Positions 49,209 to 58,769 of a DNA stretch of 64,000 nucleotides are shown here, in pieces; positions within the stretch are counted from its first letter, which is position 1, and each line of letters opens with the position of its first letter. The position numbers and the translations under genes are program-made. Source of the stretch: a virus; IMG/VR virus record IMGVR_UViG_3300025133_000029, positions 97,003 to 161,002 of that record, one strand, 5' to 3'. The notes beneath the pieces were generated by a model, which made no database searches, was not told the DNA's origin, and saw only the letters and a program-made list of their open reading frames with translations.

Positions 49209-49808
49209 TTAATCAACGGTGGGGTAGGGGAGAACGTGGTAGGTAAGGGGTCCGTCGCTTGTGTAGAACCAGCCATTTGTGCCATCGGGGTCGCCGCCGA
49301 GGGTAAACTGTCGATCGTCGGCCCATTTTTCAACACGGTCTTTTGTACCGACATACACAAGGGATTCGGTTCCGTTGGAGTCGCGGAGGTAGACACCGTA
49401 TTCAACAGGTTCGACGATAGCGGGGGGGGTGTTGGGGGCTTGCGGTGGGTCGAAAGAAACTTCGTCTTCGCGAACACCCGCCCACATGATCGCGGGGACA
49501 ATCTTCCACCCGGAGACTCGTTCGTATTGAACAATCTCGAGCTTTGCGTGGGGGTATTCTTTCGCTCCGAAGCTCCTGCAGTACTCTTCCGCATCCCTGG
49601 TGGAGTCGAAGGAGATGCCGTCGATCATCATCCAAAAGGAGTCTGAGTTCTGAGTCCCTTTCTCCATTTGGTCGAGAAACGCCTGAGCGACCTCGCGGTT
49701 CGTTTCGTCGAGGCGAACGATGTTCTCTATTGCGTTATAAACGCATTCGGGAACGGTAATCAGTCGTGCGAGTCGATACTTTTGACTGTTGTCTAGAAAA
49801 CTCTTCAT
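49209..49808 (-). CDS. hypothetical protein
   Basis: Motif at 49860 plus SD AAGGAG. Confidence 0.75.
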   Translation of the reverse strand: MKSFLDNSQKYRLARLITVPECVYNAIENIVRLDETNREVAQAFLDQMEKGTQNSDSFWMMIDGISFDSTRDAEEYCRSFGAKEYPHAKLEIVQYERVSGWKIVPAIMWAGVREDEVSFDPPQAPNTPPAIVEPVEYGVYLRDSNGTESLVYVGTKDRVEKWADDRQFTLGGDPDGTNGWFYTSDGPLTYHVLPYPTVD

Positions 49809-50047
49809 GGCATGGTAGCTCCTTGTTAGCTAAGTGGCTCACTCGTATAAGAAAGCAGAGCATTTACGAGAAGTGTGTGGTGCAAGAATCTTTAGAGTCT
49901 AAAGATTCTTGTGTTAGAGAAAAACAAGATAGAGGATGGGCGCGAGGATGCAGGTGAAGCAGATAAATAGTTCAAGGTCTCGACGCCAGAGGGGTTGAGG
50001 GCTTTTGAGGTTATGGTGGTGCTTGTACTTTCGCAGGGGTGCAGTTT

Positions 50048-50527
50048 TCACAGGGGGACGTCCTCGCAGTATGGGGGGAGACCCAACTTGTTGATGGGCT
50101 CGGTTCCGACAACCCGACCTTTTTTTCGAATAAAGCGAGGGGAGTCGGGGATGGGGGCCTCGGAGGTGCCGGAGGTGCCGGGGGGGCGCGGAGGGGAAGG
50201 GAGCGTAGGGGGAGGGTTCTCCATTCGCTCGTTTGCGATGCGGGTGAGTTGCGCGGCGTGAAACATTGCGATCTCTCTTGCCTCATCAATAAATTTGCCC
50301 GACAGCCTCCTATCGCCGAGAACCCATCGGGCGAAGTAGGTGCCTCGGGCAACAGTTTTAGTGGCGAACCCTCGCCTGTTGTTCTTATTGACCGATCCGG
50401 TGGACCCCTCTCGTTCATCATCGGTTTGTTGTTCGTAGAGCGAGACCATCGCTCTTTCCACGGCGCTGGGTCGCTGGAGGAGTTCTTCAATCTCGCCTCG
50501 GGTCCAGGGTCGGGTTCGTCTACTCAT
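50048..50527 (-). CDS. hypothetical phage protein
   Basis: AVERAMVSLYEQQTDDE...NRRGF...QL; motif at 50576 plus SD. Confidence 0.75.
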   Translation of the reverse strand: MSRRTRPWTRGEIEELLQRPSAVERAMVSLYEQQTDDEREGSTGSVNKNNRRGFATKTVARGTYFARWVLGDRRLSGKFIDEAREIAMFHAAQLTRIANERMENPPPTLPSPPRPPGTSGTSEAPIPDSPRFIRKKGRVVGTEPINKLGLPPYCEDVPL

Positions 50528-50635
50528 GATAGCTCCTTGTGTTAGCTAAGTGGTTCACTCACATAAGAAAGTAAAGCATTTACGTGTGGGACGTCGCACA
50601 AGAGGTGCCCCCGCCCTCCCCCTGTTGCTGGCAGG

Positions 50636-51082
50636 CTAGAACCCACCCAACTGTTGTCGAAGAACATAGTCGTGTTCGATCATGATGTCTCGGAAGTCAG
50701 ACTCGCTCATAATCGAGAAGGGGTGCTTGTTGTTGTGAGTGTCATAGATGATGGTGGGAACGTAGATGTCCCCCATATTGATGTAGGAGAAGTTTTTGTC
50801 TTCCGTTCCGACCGGACCCTCGAAGGTCCAGCCCTCGACCCCGCAGCCTTCGAGGAGTTGGTTGCAGGCGTACATGAAGCGCATGGCGAGGGACACCAGC
50901 GATCGGTTTTGATCCACATAGTCTTGGACCTGGGTGTAGGCGGTTGTGAGGATGTTCTCCAGCATACACTGGGCCACGTATTCGCCGCTTGTGAGGGCAT
51001 CGAGGTAATCCTCGATAAGAGAGAGAGCGTGCTGGGTGCCGGGGAGTTCTTGAATCTCTGCTTTCATCGTCTTGGTCATCAT
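50636..51082 (-). CDS. hypothetical phage protein
   Basis: GVEG...YINMGDIY.PT; motif at 51133 plus SD AAGGAG. Confidence 0.75.
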   Translation of the reverse strand: MMTKTMKAEIQELPGTQHALSLIEDYLDALTSGEYVAQCMLENILTTAYTQVQDYVDQNRSLVSLAMRFMYACNQLLEGCGVEGWTFEGPVGTEDKNFSYINMGDIYVPTIIYDTHNNKHPFSIMSESDFRDIMIEHDYVLRQQLGGF

Positions 51083-51183
51083 GGGGTAGCTCCTTGTGTT
51101 AGCTAAGTGGTTCGTATGTATAAAAAAGCAGAGCATTTACGAGAAGTGGGTTGGTGTCCTCTTGAGGGGACACGTCCATTCCT

Positions 51184-51801
51184 CTAGATATATCCTCGGT
51201 CTGTAAAGGAGAGGTAATCAGTGTTGGAGATGATGATGTGGTCGATAATCTCCAGACCAAGGAGCTTTGCAATTTTCTGGAGTCTGGTGGTGAGGGCTCG
51301 ATCTTGTGTGGAGGGTTCCACGTTCCCGCTCGGATGGTTGTGAATAAGAATCAAGCGCAGAGCTTTCATCCGCAGGGCGGGGGCGAAGATCTCTTGTGGC
51401 GATAGGGGGCAGAGGGACACCGACCCCTTGCTCACGACCTCGGTGTCTATGATGCGGTTTTTGTTGTCGAGGAAGAGTACTGCAAAGTGCTCCTGTTCAG
51501 CGGTGCCGATGCGGGTTCGCCAGTGTTCCCACACGGATCGGGAGGATGTGAATGCTTCGCCTCGCATGAGGGGAGTGTTCTGAGCCTGCATTCCGATTGC
51601 CATGGCAGCGCGAAGGCGCTCGATGGCTTTGCGTCCGACGTATCTGCATTGGAGGAGGTCTTGGTCGCCTGCGGTGAGAAGTTGTCGGGGGTTGTTGTAT
51701 CGTTCCAACACTCCATCGGCAGCTTTGTCGCCGAGAAGAGCACGCAGGTTCCTCTCGAAGACATCTGGCTCGTAGGTGGGGAGGGATTCGTGAATCAACA
51801 T
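51184..51801 (-). CDS. radC: RadC-family JAB-domain protein
   Basis: QEHFAVLFLDNKNRII, HNHPSGNVEPSTQD, IIDHIII, HhH-like VGRKAIERL. Confidence 0.92.
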   Translation of the reverse strand: MLIHESLPTYEPDVFERNLRALLGDKAADGVLERYNNPRQLLTAGDQDLLQCRYVGRKAIERLRAAMAIGMQAQNTPLMRGEAFTSSRSVWEHWRTRIGTAEQEHFAVLFLDNKNRIIDTEVVSKGSVSLCPLSPQEIFAPALRMKALRLILIHNHPSGNVEPSTQDRALTTRLQKIAKLLGLEIIDHIIISNTDYLSFTDRGYI

Positions 51802-51900
51802 GGTAGCTCCTTATAGCTAGGTGGTTCACTTGTATAAAAAAGCAAAGCATTTACCAGACGCAGTTATCCTGCAGATCTTTAGAGTCTAAAGATCTTGGTT

Positions 51901-52407
51901 TTATTTGGAGTAGCAGACCTCGGCGCAGACAATATTGTTTTGCCTGGACTTGAACTTCGGTGCCCCACAGTGGTGACACTTGAAGGGTTCGATGCTTTGG
52001 ATTCTTTCGATCGCGTTGATTACGTTATCGACAATCTCCTGACATGGGACTCCTGGTTCTCGCTTGATCCGGATCTCTCTTGGCTTCGCTAGGATGCGCT
52101 CTGTACCATCGGAAGCCGTATAGATGATGTGGAGGGTGAGGGGGTTCAGTCCGTCGTCGAAGACAAGGGCGCTTTCAGGCAGCCCCAGGAGAACGAAGAG
52201 GGACTTTCTGTCTTCGATCGGCTTGCGATAACCCACCTCGTTCGAGGATGTTGTAAACCGCAGGTAGTCATCTGCGATGAGGAGGTTACGAAGACTGTTG
52301 ACCAGCCCGGTGCGTTGCTCATGGTCTTCTGGATCATATGTCGAGGATGGACTGTAGGTCGAAGACACCGGCAACGGGGTCTGGTCCGAGTGGGGGGGCG
52401 AATTCAT
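51901..52407 (-). CDS. protein with C-terminal Zn ribbon
   Basis: CHHCGAPKF...CAEVC; start with SD GGAG. Confidence 0.65.
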   Translation of the reverse strand: MNSPPHSDQTPLPVSSTYSPSSTYDPEDHEQRTGLVNSLRNLLIADDYLRFTTSSNEVGYRKPIEDRKSLFVLLGLPESALVFDDGLNPLTLHIIYTASDGTERILAKPREIRIKREPGVPCQEIVDNVINAIERIQSIEPFKCHHCGAPKFKSRQNNIVCAEVCYSK

Positions 52408-52801
52408 AGCGTGATGCTCCATGGCTTGCGTGGCGCTCAAGAAGTGCCTTCGCGGTTAGGTGTTCCCAGCCCATGGAGGTTATCAATGTTTGTTCAACAT
52501 CAGAGAGGGTGTCTGCAAGGTATCGCGCTGTTATTGCAATGGTGCGAGCGAGTTCCCCTTGCTTGAATCCTGCTCCCGTTACGGTGGATGTCATACAAGG
52601 GGAACCGTCTGCATTCAGCGTGCGGACGCGATAGTGTGCGAACAATCTCCCATACACATCGTGTTTTCTTGCACAGATCTCGACAATCTCGGATTCTCTT
52701 CCAAAGGGGGTGAGTCCGACATCCCCGACTTTTAGTTCGCGGATAAAGTTATAGTTGGGGATAATCCATATCAAGTTATCGTTGCATCGCTTGTGTAACA
52801 T
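52334..52801 (-). CDS. hypothetical protein
   Basis: Motif at 52852 plus SD GAGG. Confidence 0.62.
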   Translation of the reverse strand: MLHKRCNDNLIWIIPNYNFIRELKVGDVGLTPFGRESEIVEICARKHDVYGRLFAHYRVRTLNADGSPCMTSTVTGAGFKQGELARTIAITARYLADTLSDVEQTLITSMGWEHLTAKALLERHASHGASRYEFAPPLGPDPVAGVFDLQSILDI

Positions 52802-52907
52802 CGGCCACCTCTAGGGCTGGGGGTTAGCTTTCACAATAAAAAGAAAACAGAGCATTTACGTACCAAATATTGAAAGGCGGCGAGCGCCTCCCCCCGTTTT
52901 GCTGTTT

Positions 52908-53525
52908 CTAGCAGGCTTGCGCCGATTCGTCGGTGCTTTGGTTGTTGTGGCTCATGCCGTTAGAGGGTGTCGTTTCCTTCGAGGCTTGGTGCGCTTGTTT
53001 CGCTTCGTCGGCTTCGCTCGGAGAGAGCTTTTTGCCCCGGTTGTTGTAGGCGACGTCGATCTGGTTATCGAAAATGGATCGGGTGCCGTCCGTGTTGCCG
53101 TAGACATAGCCCATGAAGGGCATGCCTTCGCCTTCGAACATGAAGAATCGGTGGGCAGCGTTCGAGGGTGTCCAGTATCTGATCTCGTGTCCCATAAACT
53201 CGCCGTTTTCGCCGTTTTCAGCCAGATGGTGTCGGGGCTTGACGTGGATGGCGTCGAGTCCATCCATCAGGCGTCGGGCTTCGAGGTAGACGCATCCGGT
53301 GGGGGCTTGCTCGTCGGGTCGGATGGGGCTAATGATCCGTCCTCTCATGTTTGTGTCACAAAGCACACCGTGGAACACGGTGTAGGTGCGATCGACATCG
53401 TCAAACTTGCGGGATTCGGCGATGAGGATGCCGTCGTTGTACACCTGGACAAAGGCGTCGGTTCTCTCAAGAAGTTTGCGAATCTTGGAACTGGGGGAGA
53501 AGTGGGTGGATTCTTGCTTGCTCAT
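52908..53525 (-). CDS. paralogue of the gene ending at 43484
   Basis: See 43484; motif at 53595. Confidence 0.8.
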   Translation of the reverse strand: MSKQESTHFSPSSKIRKLLERTDAFVQVYNDGILIAESRKFDDVDRTYTVFHGVLCDTNMRGRIISPIRPDEQAPTGCVYLEARRLMDGLDAIHVKPRHHLAENGENGEFMGHEIRYWTPSNAAHRFFMFEGEGMPFMGYVYGNTDGTRSIFDNQIDVAYNNRGKKLSPSEADEAKQAHQASKETTPSNGMSHNNQSTDESAQAC

Positions 53526-53695
53526 TTTTCTTTTCCTCATGCTAGGTGGGCTTCGGGTTATCCGTTGCCTTGTTCACTCGTATAAAAAAGTAGAGCATTT
53601 ACATGTCAAATCTTTAGAGTCTAAAGATTTCCAGAGGTGTTCCTTGCAGCAAATAGCGCTAGATGAAAGGGCCATAGCGCTATCAGTTGGGGTTA

Positions 53696-54193
53696 CTAGC
53701 CCTGGGGATAGACAACGTGCCCCATGCCCATGTTATCGCTTTGACAAAGGACAGTGGTGGCCGCATGCGCTTCCTGAAGGTAGTCTACGTTCACGGCGGG
53801 ACCTTCCCAGAAGTTGCGACCCCGATAATGATAGGGGTTGAGTCCCGCAGCTCTCATCTCCGCGACAAAGGTTCTATAGGTCTCTTTGTCGTATTCGGGC
53901 AGGGCAGGCTCCTTGTCACCATCCACATCGATCGAGATCCAGGTATCGTTATAGGAAGAGAGGGCGTGTTCGAACTCGGTGCTTTGGGGTTCAACTTCAA
54001 TACACAAGCCAATCCCACCACCTCTTTCCTCAAAATAATCAAAGAGCGCAGTCGCATCCTCGGGATGCCGATTGATGTGTTTTTGAATCTCGTCGAAAAG
54101 CACCAGGAGGAGGCGCTCAACGATCAAAGGTTCTTTGTGGTGGTGGAGGGATAATAATTTTGCCTGCGCGGTTAGCCAAGTGATTCGTTCCAT
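53696..54193 (-). CDS. hypothetical phage protein
   Basis: YRGRNFWEGPAV...DNMG...VYP; motif at 54239 plus SD AAGGAG. Confidence 0.75.
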   Translation of the reverse strand: MERITWLTAQAKLLSLHHHKEPLIVERLLLVLFDEIQKHINRHPEDATALFDYFEERGGGIGLCIEVEPQSTEFEHALSSYNDTWISIDVDGDKEPALPEYDKETYRTFVAEMRAAGLNPYHYRGRNFWEGPAVNVDYLQEAHAATTVLCQSDNMGMGHVVYPQG

Positions 54194-54328
54194 TCTAGCT
54201 CCTTATAGCTAAGTGGTTCACATGTATAAAAAAGCAGAGCATTTACCTCAAAGAGATGTGTGGGTAGTATTAGAGAAGGACAGCCTTCCTCCCGTGTCTG
54301 TTGTCCTCTTAGGGGAAGGGTGTCGTTA

Positions 54329-54583
54329 CTATCCTTTGTTAGCGTCAATAGCGTCGGATAGTTCCTGTAGCTCTTCTTCAGAAAAATGGGCCTCATAGTC
54401 TTCGGGATGCGGACCTTGAGGGCATCCTGGGCACGCCACCCATGCGTCAAAGGGAGTCAGACGCCAGCCTCCTGAGCATCCACACTCGCCGTCTTCTTCT
54501 GTATCGCGTCGTGCGTGTTGTCTGGCGTATTCCTGTGTGGCGTCGGGCAGGTAGGTGGGGTCATGATAAAAGGGGTTTGACAT
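54329..54583 (-). CDS. small acidic Cys-containing protein
   Basis: CGCSGGW...CPGC; motif at 54640. Confidence 0.7.
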   Translation of the reverse strand: MSNPFYHDPTYLPDATQEYARQHARRDTEEDGECGCSGGWRLTPFDAWVACPGCPQGPHPEDYEAHFSEEELQELSDAIDANKG

Positions 54584-54732
54584 GTCAGGTTACCTCTTAG
54601 GTGTCGGGGTTATTGCTCTCATACGTATAAAAAAGCAGAGCATTTACGTCTTCAAGGATAAAGAAAAAGCACACCCCTTAGCGTGAGCGTTATAACCCTA
54701 TAGCTAAGGAGGTTAGGAGGAGGGCTTAGAAC

Positions 54733-55149
54733 CTAGTTGAGCGCGGCGTGGGCCACCGTTTCGCGGCGCATACGTCGGTGTCTTTTCCGAATCTGGTTGC
54801 ACTCGGTCAACACCCAGGCCGCAGCGGCCCGAAGATGCTTGCAAAGCTTGTGGTCCTGAGTTTGAAAGTCAGGGCAGTCGCATGTGCATTCCTGGTCCTG
54901 ATGAAGAACGACCGCATAGAACGTGTTTTCATCGGTCTGAGACCCGACTGTGATGTTGAGTCCGTGTCCGACCCATACCGCTTCAATGGATGTAGCCAGC
55001 AATACCATGGCCTTGCTCGTTCTTTCACAGTCCGGATGCTCCGCATCTCTACGTCGCGCTTTGTCACGCAGTTCCAGAGCTTTTTTGCGGTAGCGGGCGA
55101 TTTGTCGCTCAAATGCGACTATGGAACGATCCATAACTCTGTTTTTCAT
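54733..55149 (-). CDS. SWIM zinc-finger protein
   Basis: Y.V......CTCDCPDF.....LCKHL. Confidence 0.85.
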   Translation of the reverse strand: MKNRVMDRSIVAFERQIARYRKKALELRDKARRRDAEHPDCERTSKAMVLLATSIEAVWVGHGLNITVGSQTDENTFYAVVLHQDQECTCDCPDFQTQDHKLCKHLRAAAAWVLTECNQIRKRHRRMRRETVAHAALN

Positions 55150-55293
55150 GTCCCTACTCCTATGCTAAGGGATGTGCTTCACATGTATAAAAAAGCAGAG
55201 CATTTACGATAAAAATCTTTAGAGTCTAAAGATCCGAACGAGAAAAGCCCCCTTTCGGGGGCGTGGGGAGGGGGGAGGGGGGCGGGGGGCGGC

Positions 55294-55536
55294 CTATTGG
55301 GCCTGATGAGCCGCCTTGCGTTTGGCGCGTTCCCGGTCGAGGCGTTTTTTGTGGGCGTAGGTCGGGCGTCGGCGCTTGTTGCCGTTGCTCAACCGGGTTT
55401 CCGTGTAGCCGTAACAAAGGGCGTAGGGGGTCGCTTCCTCGGCAGCGGCGGGGGCATTGCCGTTTTGGCGGTCGATGCGTCGGAGGGCGTTGTCTTCGTT
55501 GTAGTTCCGGCGCATTCCGTGTTTTTTACTCATCAC
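55294..55536 (-). CDS. small basic protein
   Basis: Motif at 55609, SD AGGAG, terminator hairpin at about 55241-55262. Confidence 0.65.
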   Translation of the reverse strand: MMSKKHGMRRNYNEDNALRRIDRQNGNAPAAAEEATPYALCYGYTETRLSNGNKRRRPTYAHKKRLDRERAKRKAAHQAQ

Positions 55537-55658
55537 AAGCTCCTGCTAGGCTTTTTGGCTAGCGGGTTATCCGCTAGCTCTCTTTGTTCATGTGTATAAA
55601 AAACCAGAGCATTTACGAGAAGGGTGGGGTGGGCTAACAGCCCCGAATACATGGGTGA

Positions 55659-56018
55659 CTAGCTAGGATATTTTATAGAGGTCGGTTGAACATTCAGAGG
55701 CGTAAAACAAGCTATGCTAGGGGACCAGCCGTTCCGGACTCTTTGAATAAACACGTCTATGGGCGTAGACAACAGGTGGGCTTCTTCAAGAACTTTGGCC
55801 ATATCGGGAACGGTGTGTGCTTCCCCGACATGCTTTGCGATATCCAGTGTCGGCCATACCGATTCGCGACACGGATCGGTCCATTCTTTCTTTTTTTCTG
55901 TGTGGTGCCATTCTGATAGATAGAAACCTTCTTCAAGTGATTCTATTACGGAGATCCTCGTCCCGTAATGCTTTGTTTCGGTTTGTTTTTCGTGTCGTTT
56001 GTCTTGACTTTTCCACAT
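55659..56018 (-). CDS. hypothetical protein ending in an RVRNGWS-type module
   Basis: FIQRVRNGWSPSIACFTP resembles the 22262 repeats; motif at 56063. Confidence 0.65.
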   Translation of the reverse strand: MWKSQDKRHEKQTETKHYGTRISVIESLEEGFYLSEWHHTEKKKEWTDPCRESVWPTLDIAKHVGEAHTVPDMAKVLEEAHLLSTPIDVFIQRVRNGWSPSIACFTPLNVQPTSIKYPS

Positions 56019-56407
56019 TTTTTATATCCTCGCTATAGGTTGCGTGGATATAAAAAACCAGAGCATTTACGTGTGGTGAGCTTAAATGAAAAAGCCCCCG
56101 AGGTGGGGGCGAGGTAGCGCTTGGGCTAAGGCGGGAAAGGGCGACCCCGTGGGGTCTCGTGAGGGATGGGGCGGGTTAGGGTTGGCGGGGTGTCGGGTTA
56201 GGGTGTCGCGTCAAAACACCGTGTACTTTTTGGGGAACATGATAGTCCTCTTTTGGCGTAGATTGGGCCGCGATAGATTCGGTGCGGTCCCGTTATTTGG
56301 ATGTTGCCGGTCGCATCCGCCTTGCGGTGCGGTGCGCGTTGGTGGGGCTATCCCCTAAACCTAATGGTAGCCGGTGGGGTATTGTGATCGCATGTGAATC
56401 CTTATGT

Positions 56408-56520
56408 GTTAGTGGTGGGCAAGGACAAGGCTAACCGTCACTAGGGGCTAACGTAATCGCGGCCATGATTCTCGATGGCGGCTAGTGTAATCACTCACTA
56501 GCGGGGCCAGCCTCATCCTC
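56408..56520 (-). ncRNA. candidate small multibranch RNA directly downstream of promoter motif 56540
   Basis: About 15-bp closing stem with G-U pairs on minus; inner hairpins GCTAGTG/CACTAGC and GCCAT/ATGGC. Confidence 0.55.
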
Positions 56521-56588
56521 ACACATCAAAGAAAGCAGAGCATTTACCTATAAACATCGAAGCGAGGTTCCCCTGGCCCCTTTTCTGT

Positions 56589-56792
56589 TTACACTTTCTC
56601 CCAGGCTCCGTATCGTATCGACCTTATCCCTAATTCAGCTTTCATCGCTTTCATGCGATGTTCACCCTGCCAAGGACCTTTGTTCGCTTCCTCTTTATCC
56701 CCCGCGAATAAGCGGGGGCTGTGATGAATCACTTCATTTTCTTCATACCCGACAAGGGCTTCATCCCCTATCACTTCTCTCATAACGCTCAT
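56589..56792 (-). CDS. hypothetical protein
   Basis: Motif at 56839 plus SD AAGGA. Confidence 0.65.
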   Translation of the reverse strand: MSVMREVIGDEALVGYEENEVIHHSPRLFAGDKEEANKGPWQGEHRMKAMKAELGIRSIRYGAWEKV

Positions 56793-56904
56793 TTTTTATC
56801 CTTGTTAGCTATAGGGTTCATACCTATAACAAAACAAAGCATTTACGTGTTGAAAGGACAAGGGGCTAGCTAATCCCTAGCTAGCCCCCCTCGGATGTTA
56901 GCGG

Positions 56905-57357
56905 TTACAGTTGATCGGCACACTCGGCGAGTCTCAGATAGGTTTTGTCAAAAGCCCGAAGGTATACCTCGGGCCATTTTTCGCTATAAGCCCCGGCGAG
57001 GCGTTCGCGGGTGTAGCGTTTGTAGCCGTGTTCAATGATCGCTTTGATCGCGATCACTACCCCGTTGAAGGTCATATCAATACGGTCTTCGTTGAAAACA
57101 ATGTATTGAGTGAGATCCTCGGTGAACGGTTGTCGGACACGATCGCTAACACTTTGATTCAAGACGTCTTCGGTGTACACCGTGAGTTCATCCTCATCGG
57201 TTGATTCAATTGCAACCGCGTCGTTGAGGTAAGCGCTAAGTAAGGCAAGCGCTTGTTTTTGTTGATTGCTCGCCTTGTCGGCGGCAAGGCTCAATCCTTT
57301 GTCGGTTAGGGCGCGAAGGTCGGTTAGTTCAAAGGGGTCTTCAGGTGAACGGTGCAT
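56905..57357 (-). CDS. hypothetical protein
   Basis: Motif at 57415 plus SD GAGG. Confidence 0.72.
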   Translation of the reverse strand: MHRSPEDPFELTDLRALTDKGLSLAADKASNQQKQALALLSAYLNDAVAIESTDEDELTVYTEDVLNQSVSDRVRQPFTEDLTQYIVFNEDRIDMTFNGVVIAIKAIIEHGYKRYTRERLAGAYSEKWPEVYLRAFDKTYLRLAECADQL

Positions 57358-57477
57358 TTTTTACCTCACTAAGGTTTATCTAGTCTAACGCTTTCATACA
57401 CATAACAAAGCAAAGCATTTACCTAATAAAAGCGGAATAGAGAACCCGCCTAAGCGGGTTGTGGGGGATTAGTTCAG

Positions 57478-57810
57478 CTACCCTTCTTGAGGTTGTCCTG
57501 CGTGGTCGATCTCTTGAAGGTCGAGCTTGAACCCCGTGTCACGAAGCATTTGGGCGGCTTGAACGGGGTCGATCACGATGCACTCGAGCGCGGTCCCAGA
57601 CCCATATTCCGGTTCTTCGCCCCATCGGTCGGGGTTGGCCGCCCGATCGAACGTTTGGAGAGAGAAGTCTCCATCATCTTCAAATTTGATAACAAGGTCA
57701 CATTGATCTTCGAATCGCTTTGTCCATTTCACGGCGACACTCAGGGTTCGCGTGCGGGGGTTGAAAATGATAGGGCTGTAGTTCACCGGGGTTTTCATCA
57801 GTTCGGTCAT
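57478..57810 (-). CDS. paralogue of the gene ending at 62564
   Basis: SPIIFNP.T.TLSVA...DR.ANPDRWGE..E.G.GTALEC. Confidence 0.8.
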   Translation of the reverse strand: MTELMKTPVNYSPIIFNPRTRTLSVAVKWTKRFEDQCDLVIKFEDDGDFSLQTFDRAANPDRWGEEPEYGSGTALECIVIDPVQAAQMLRDTGFKLDLQEIDHAGQPQEG

Positions 57811-58013
57811 TTTTTCTACCTCATAGGGTTTGTTAGCCGGGTTCATCCCGGCCTAACGTTCACACCCGCAACAAAATAAAGCATTTACGTGTTGAGGTAT
57901 AGATCCCCTTATAGCGCCCTTAAGGGTTGTTTTGTCTATAGCGCCCCTAGCGCCCCTAGCCCTTTATAAAGCCCTAGCGCCCTTATAAGGCCCTTTGTTA
58001 TATAAGACAACCG

Positions 58014-58063
58014 CGCCCTTAGTTGACTATGATCACCCCGCCCTTAGTTGACTATGATCACCC
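58014..58063. repeat. 25-bp tandem duplication
   Basis: CGCCCTTAGTTGACTATGATCACCC x2. Confidence 0.9.
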
Positions 58064-58128
58064 TAGACCTTGAGGTAAATGCTCTAGTTTTTTAGGTAGT
58101 TGATAACACTAATAACTAAGGAGCTAAC

Positions 58129-58287
58129 ATGAACTACCTGACTTATTTGAAAAGCCGCCGAGCCAAGGCGATCCGCGAGATGAGAAACGCCGCTCATGAG
58201 GGCAATTGGGCGGTTTATGAAAAACTCTTAGATCTGATAAATGAGCTTGATCAAGATATTATGATAGAGGGGATTTTTGAGGGTTAA
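58129..58287 (+). CDS. 52-aa helical protein (not in the ORF track)
   Basis: Motif at 58075(+), SD AAGGAG, MNYLTYLKSRRAKAIRE...IFEG*. Confidence 0.7.
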   Translation: MNYLTYLKSRRAKAIREMRNAAHEGNWAVYEKLLDLINELDQDIMIEGIFEG

Positions 58288-58481
58288 CTAAGGCTTAGGG
58301 GGGGCTTAGGGGGGGCTTAGGGGGGGCTTAGGGGGGCTTAGGGGCTAACACATACATATAGCCGGGGCTAACACAAACAAGCCCCTTGTTATAAAAACAA
58401 AGGGCTTAGTAAATGCTCTAGTTTTTTATACCTATAAATCTTTAGACTCTAAAGATCCCCCTCACCCCCCCTTTTGTTGTT

Positions 58482-58769
58482 TTATTCGACGTTGATAACA
58501 ACGGTCACAAAGTGTCCCGGTGCGGGGTGAATATTTTCCGGGAACCCTTGTCTCGCTGAAAACTTTTTAGACGCGTTCATATTGAATTCGGGATTGTGTT
58601 TATAGCGGTCCCCGGCGATTGATTGATCGGCTTGATCTATCGCGTCTGCAAGGGCGTCGTACCAAGTTGGCCCTGTTCCTAAGAAGCCTTCGGGCGGGAT
58701 CTCATTGATAGGCTTCGGGTAGCTCGGCTCTTTGATTGAGGGGCAGGCCGCGTACAAAAGTTTAATCAT
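58482..58769 (-). CDS. hypothetical protein
   Basis: Motif at 58814 plus SD GAGGA. Confidence 0.68.
   Translation of the reverse strand: MIKLLYAACPSIKEPSYPKPINEIPPEGFLGTGPTWYDALADAIDQADQSIAGDRYKHNPEFNMNASKKFSARQGFPENIHPAPGHFVTVVINVE

Noticed and set aside
51838-51857. Cassette motif as a sigma54 (-24/-12) promoter; this copy reads CTGGTAAATGCTTTGCT (GG-N10-GC)
   Set aside because: Many copies have CG in place of GG and many lack the GC; the invariant bases fall in what would be the sigma54 spacer. Not fully excluded.
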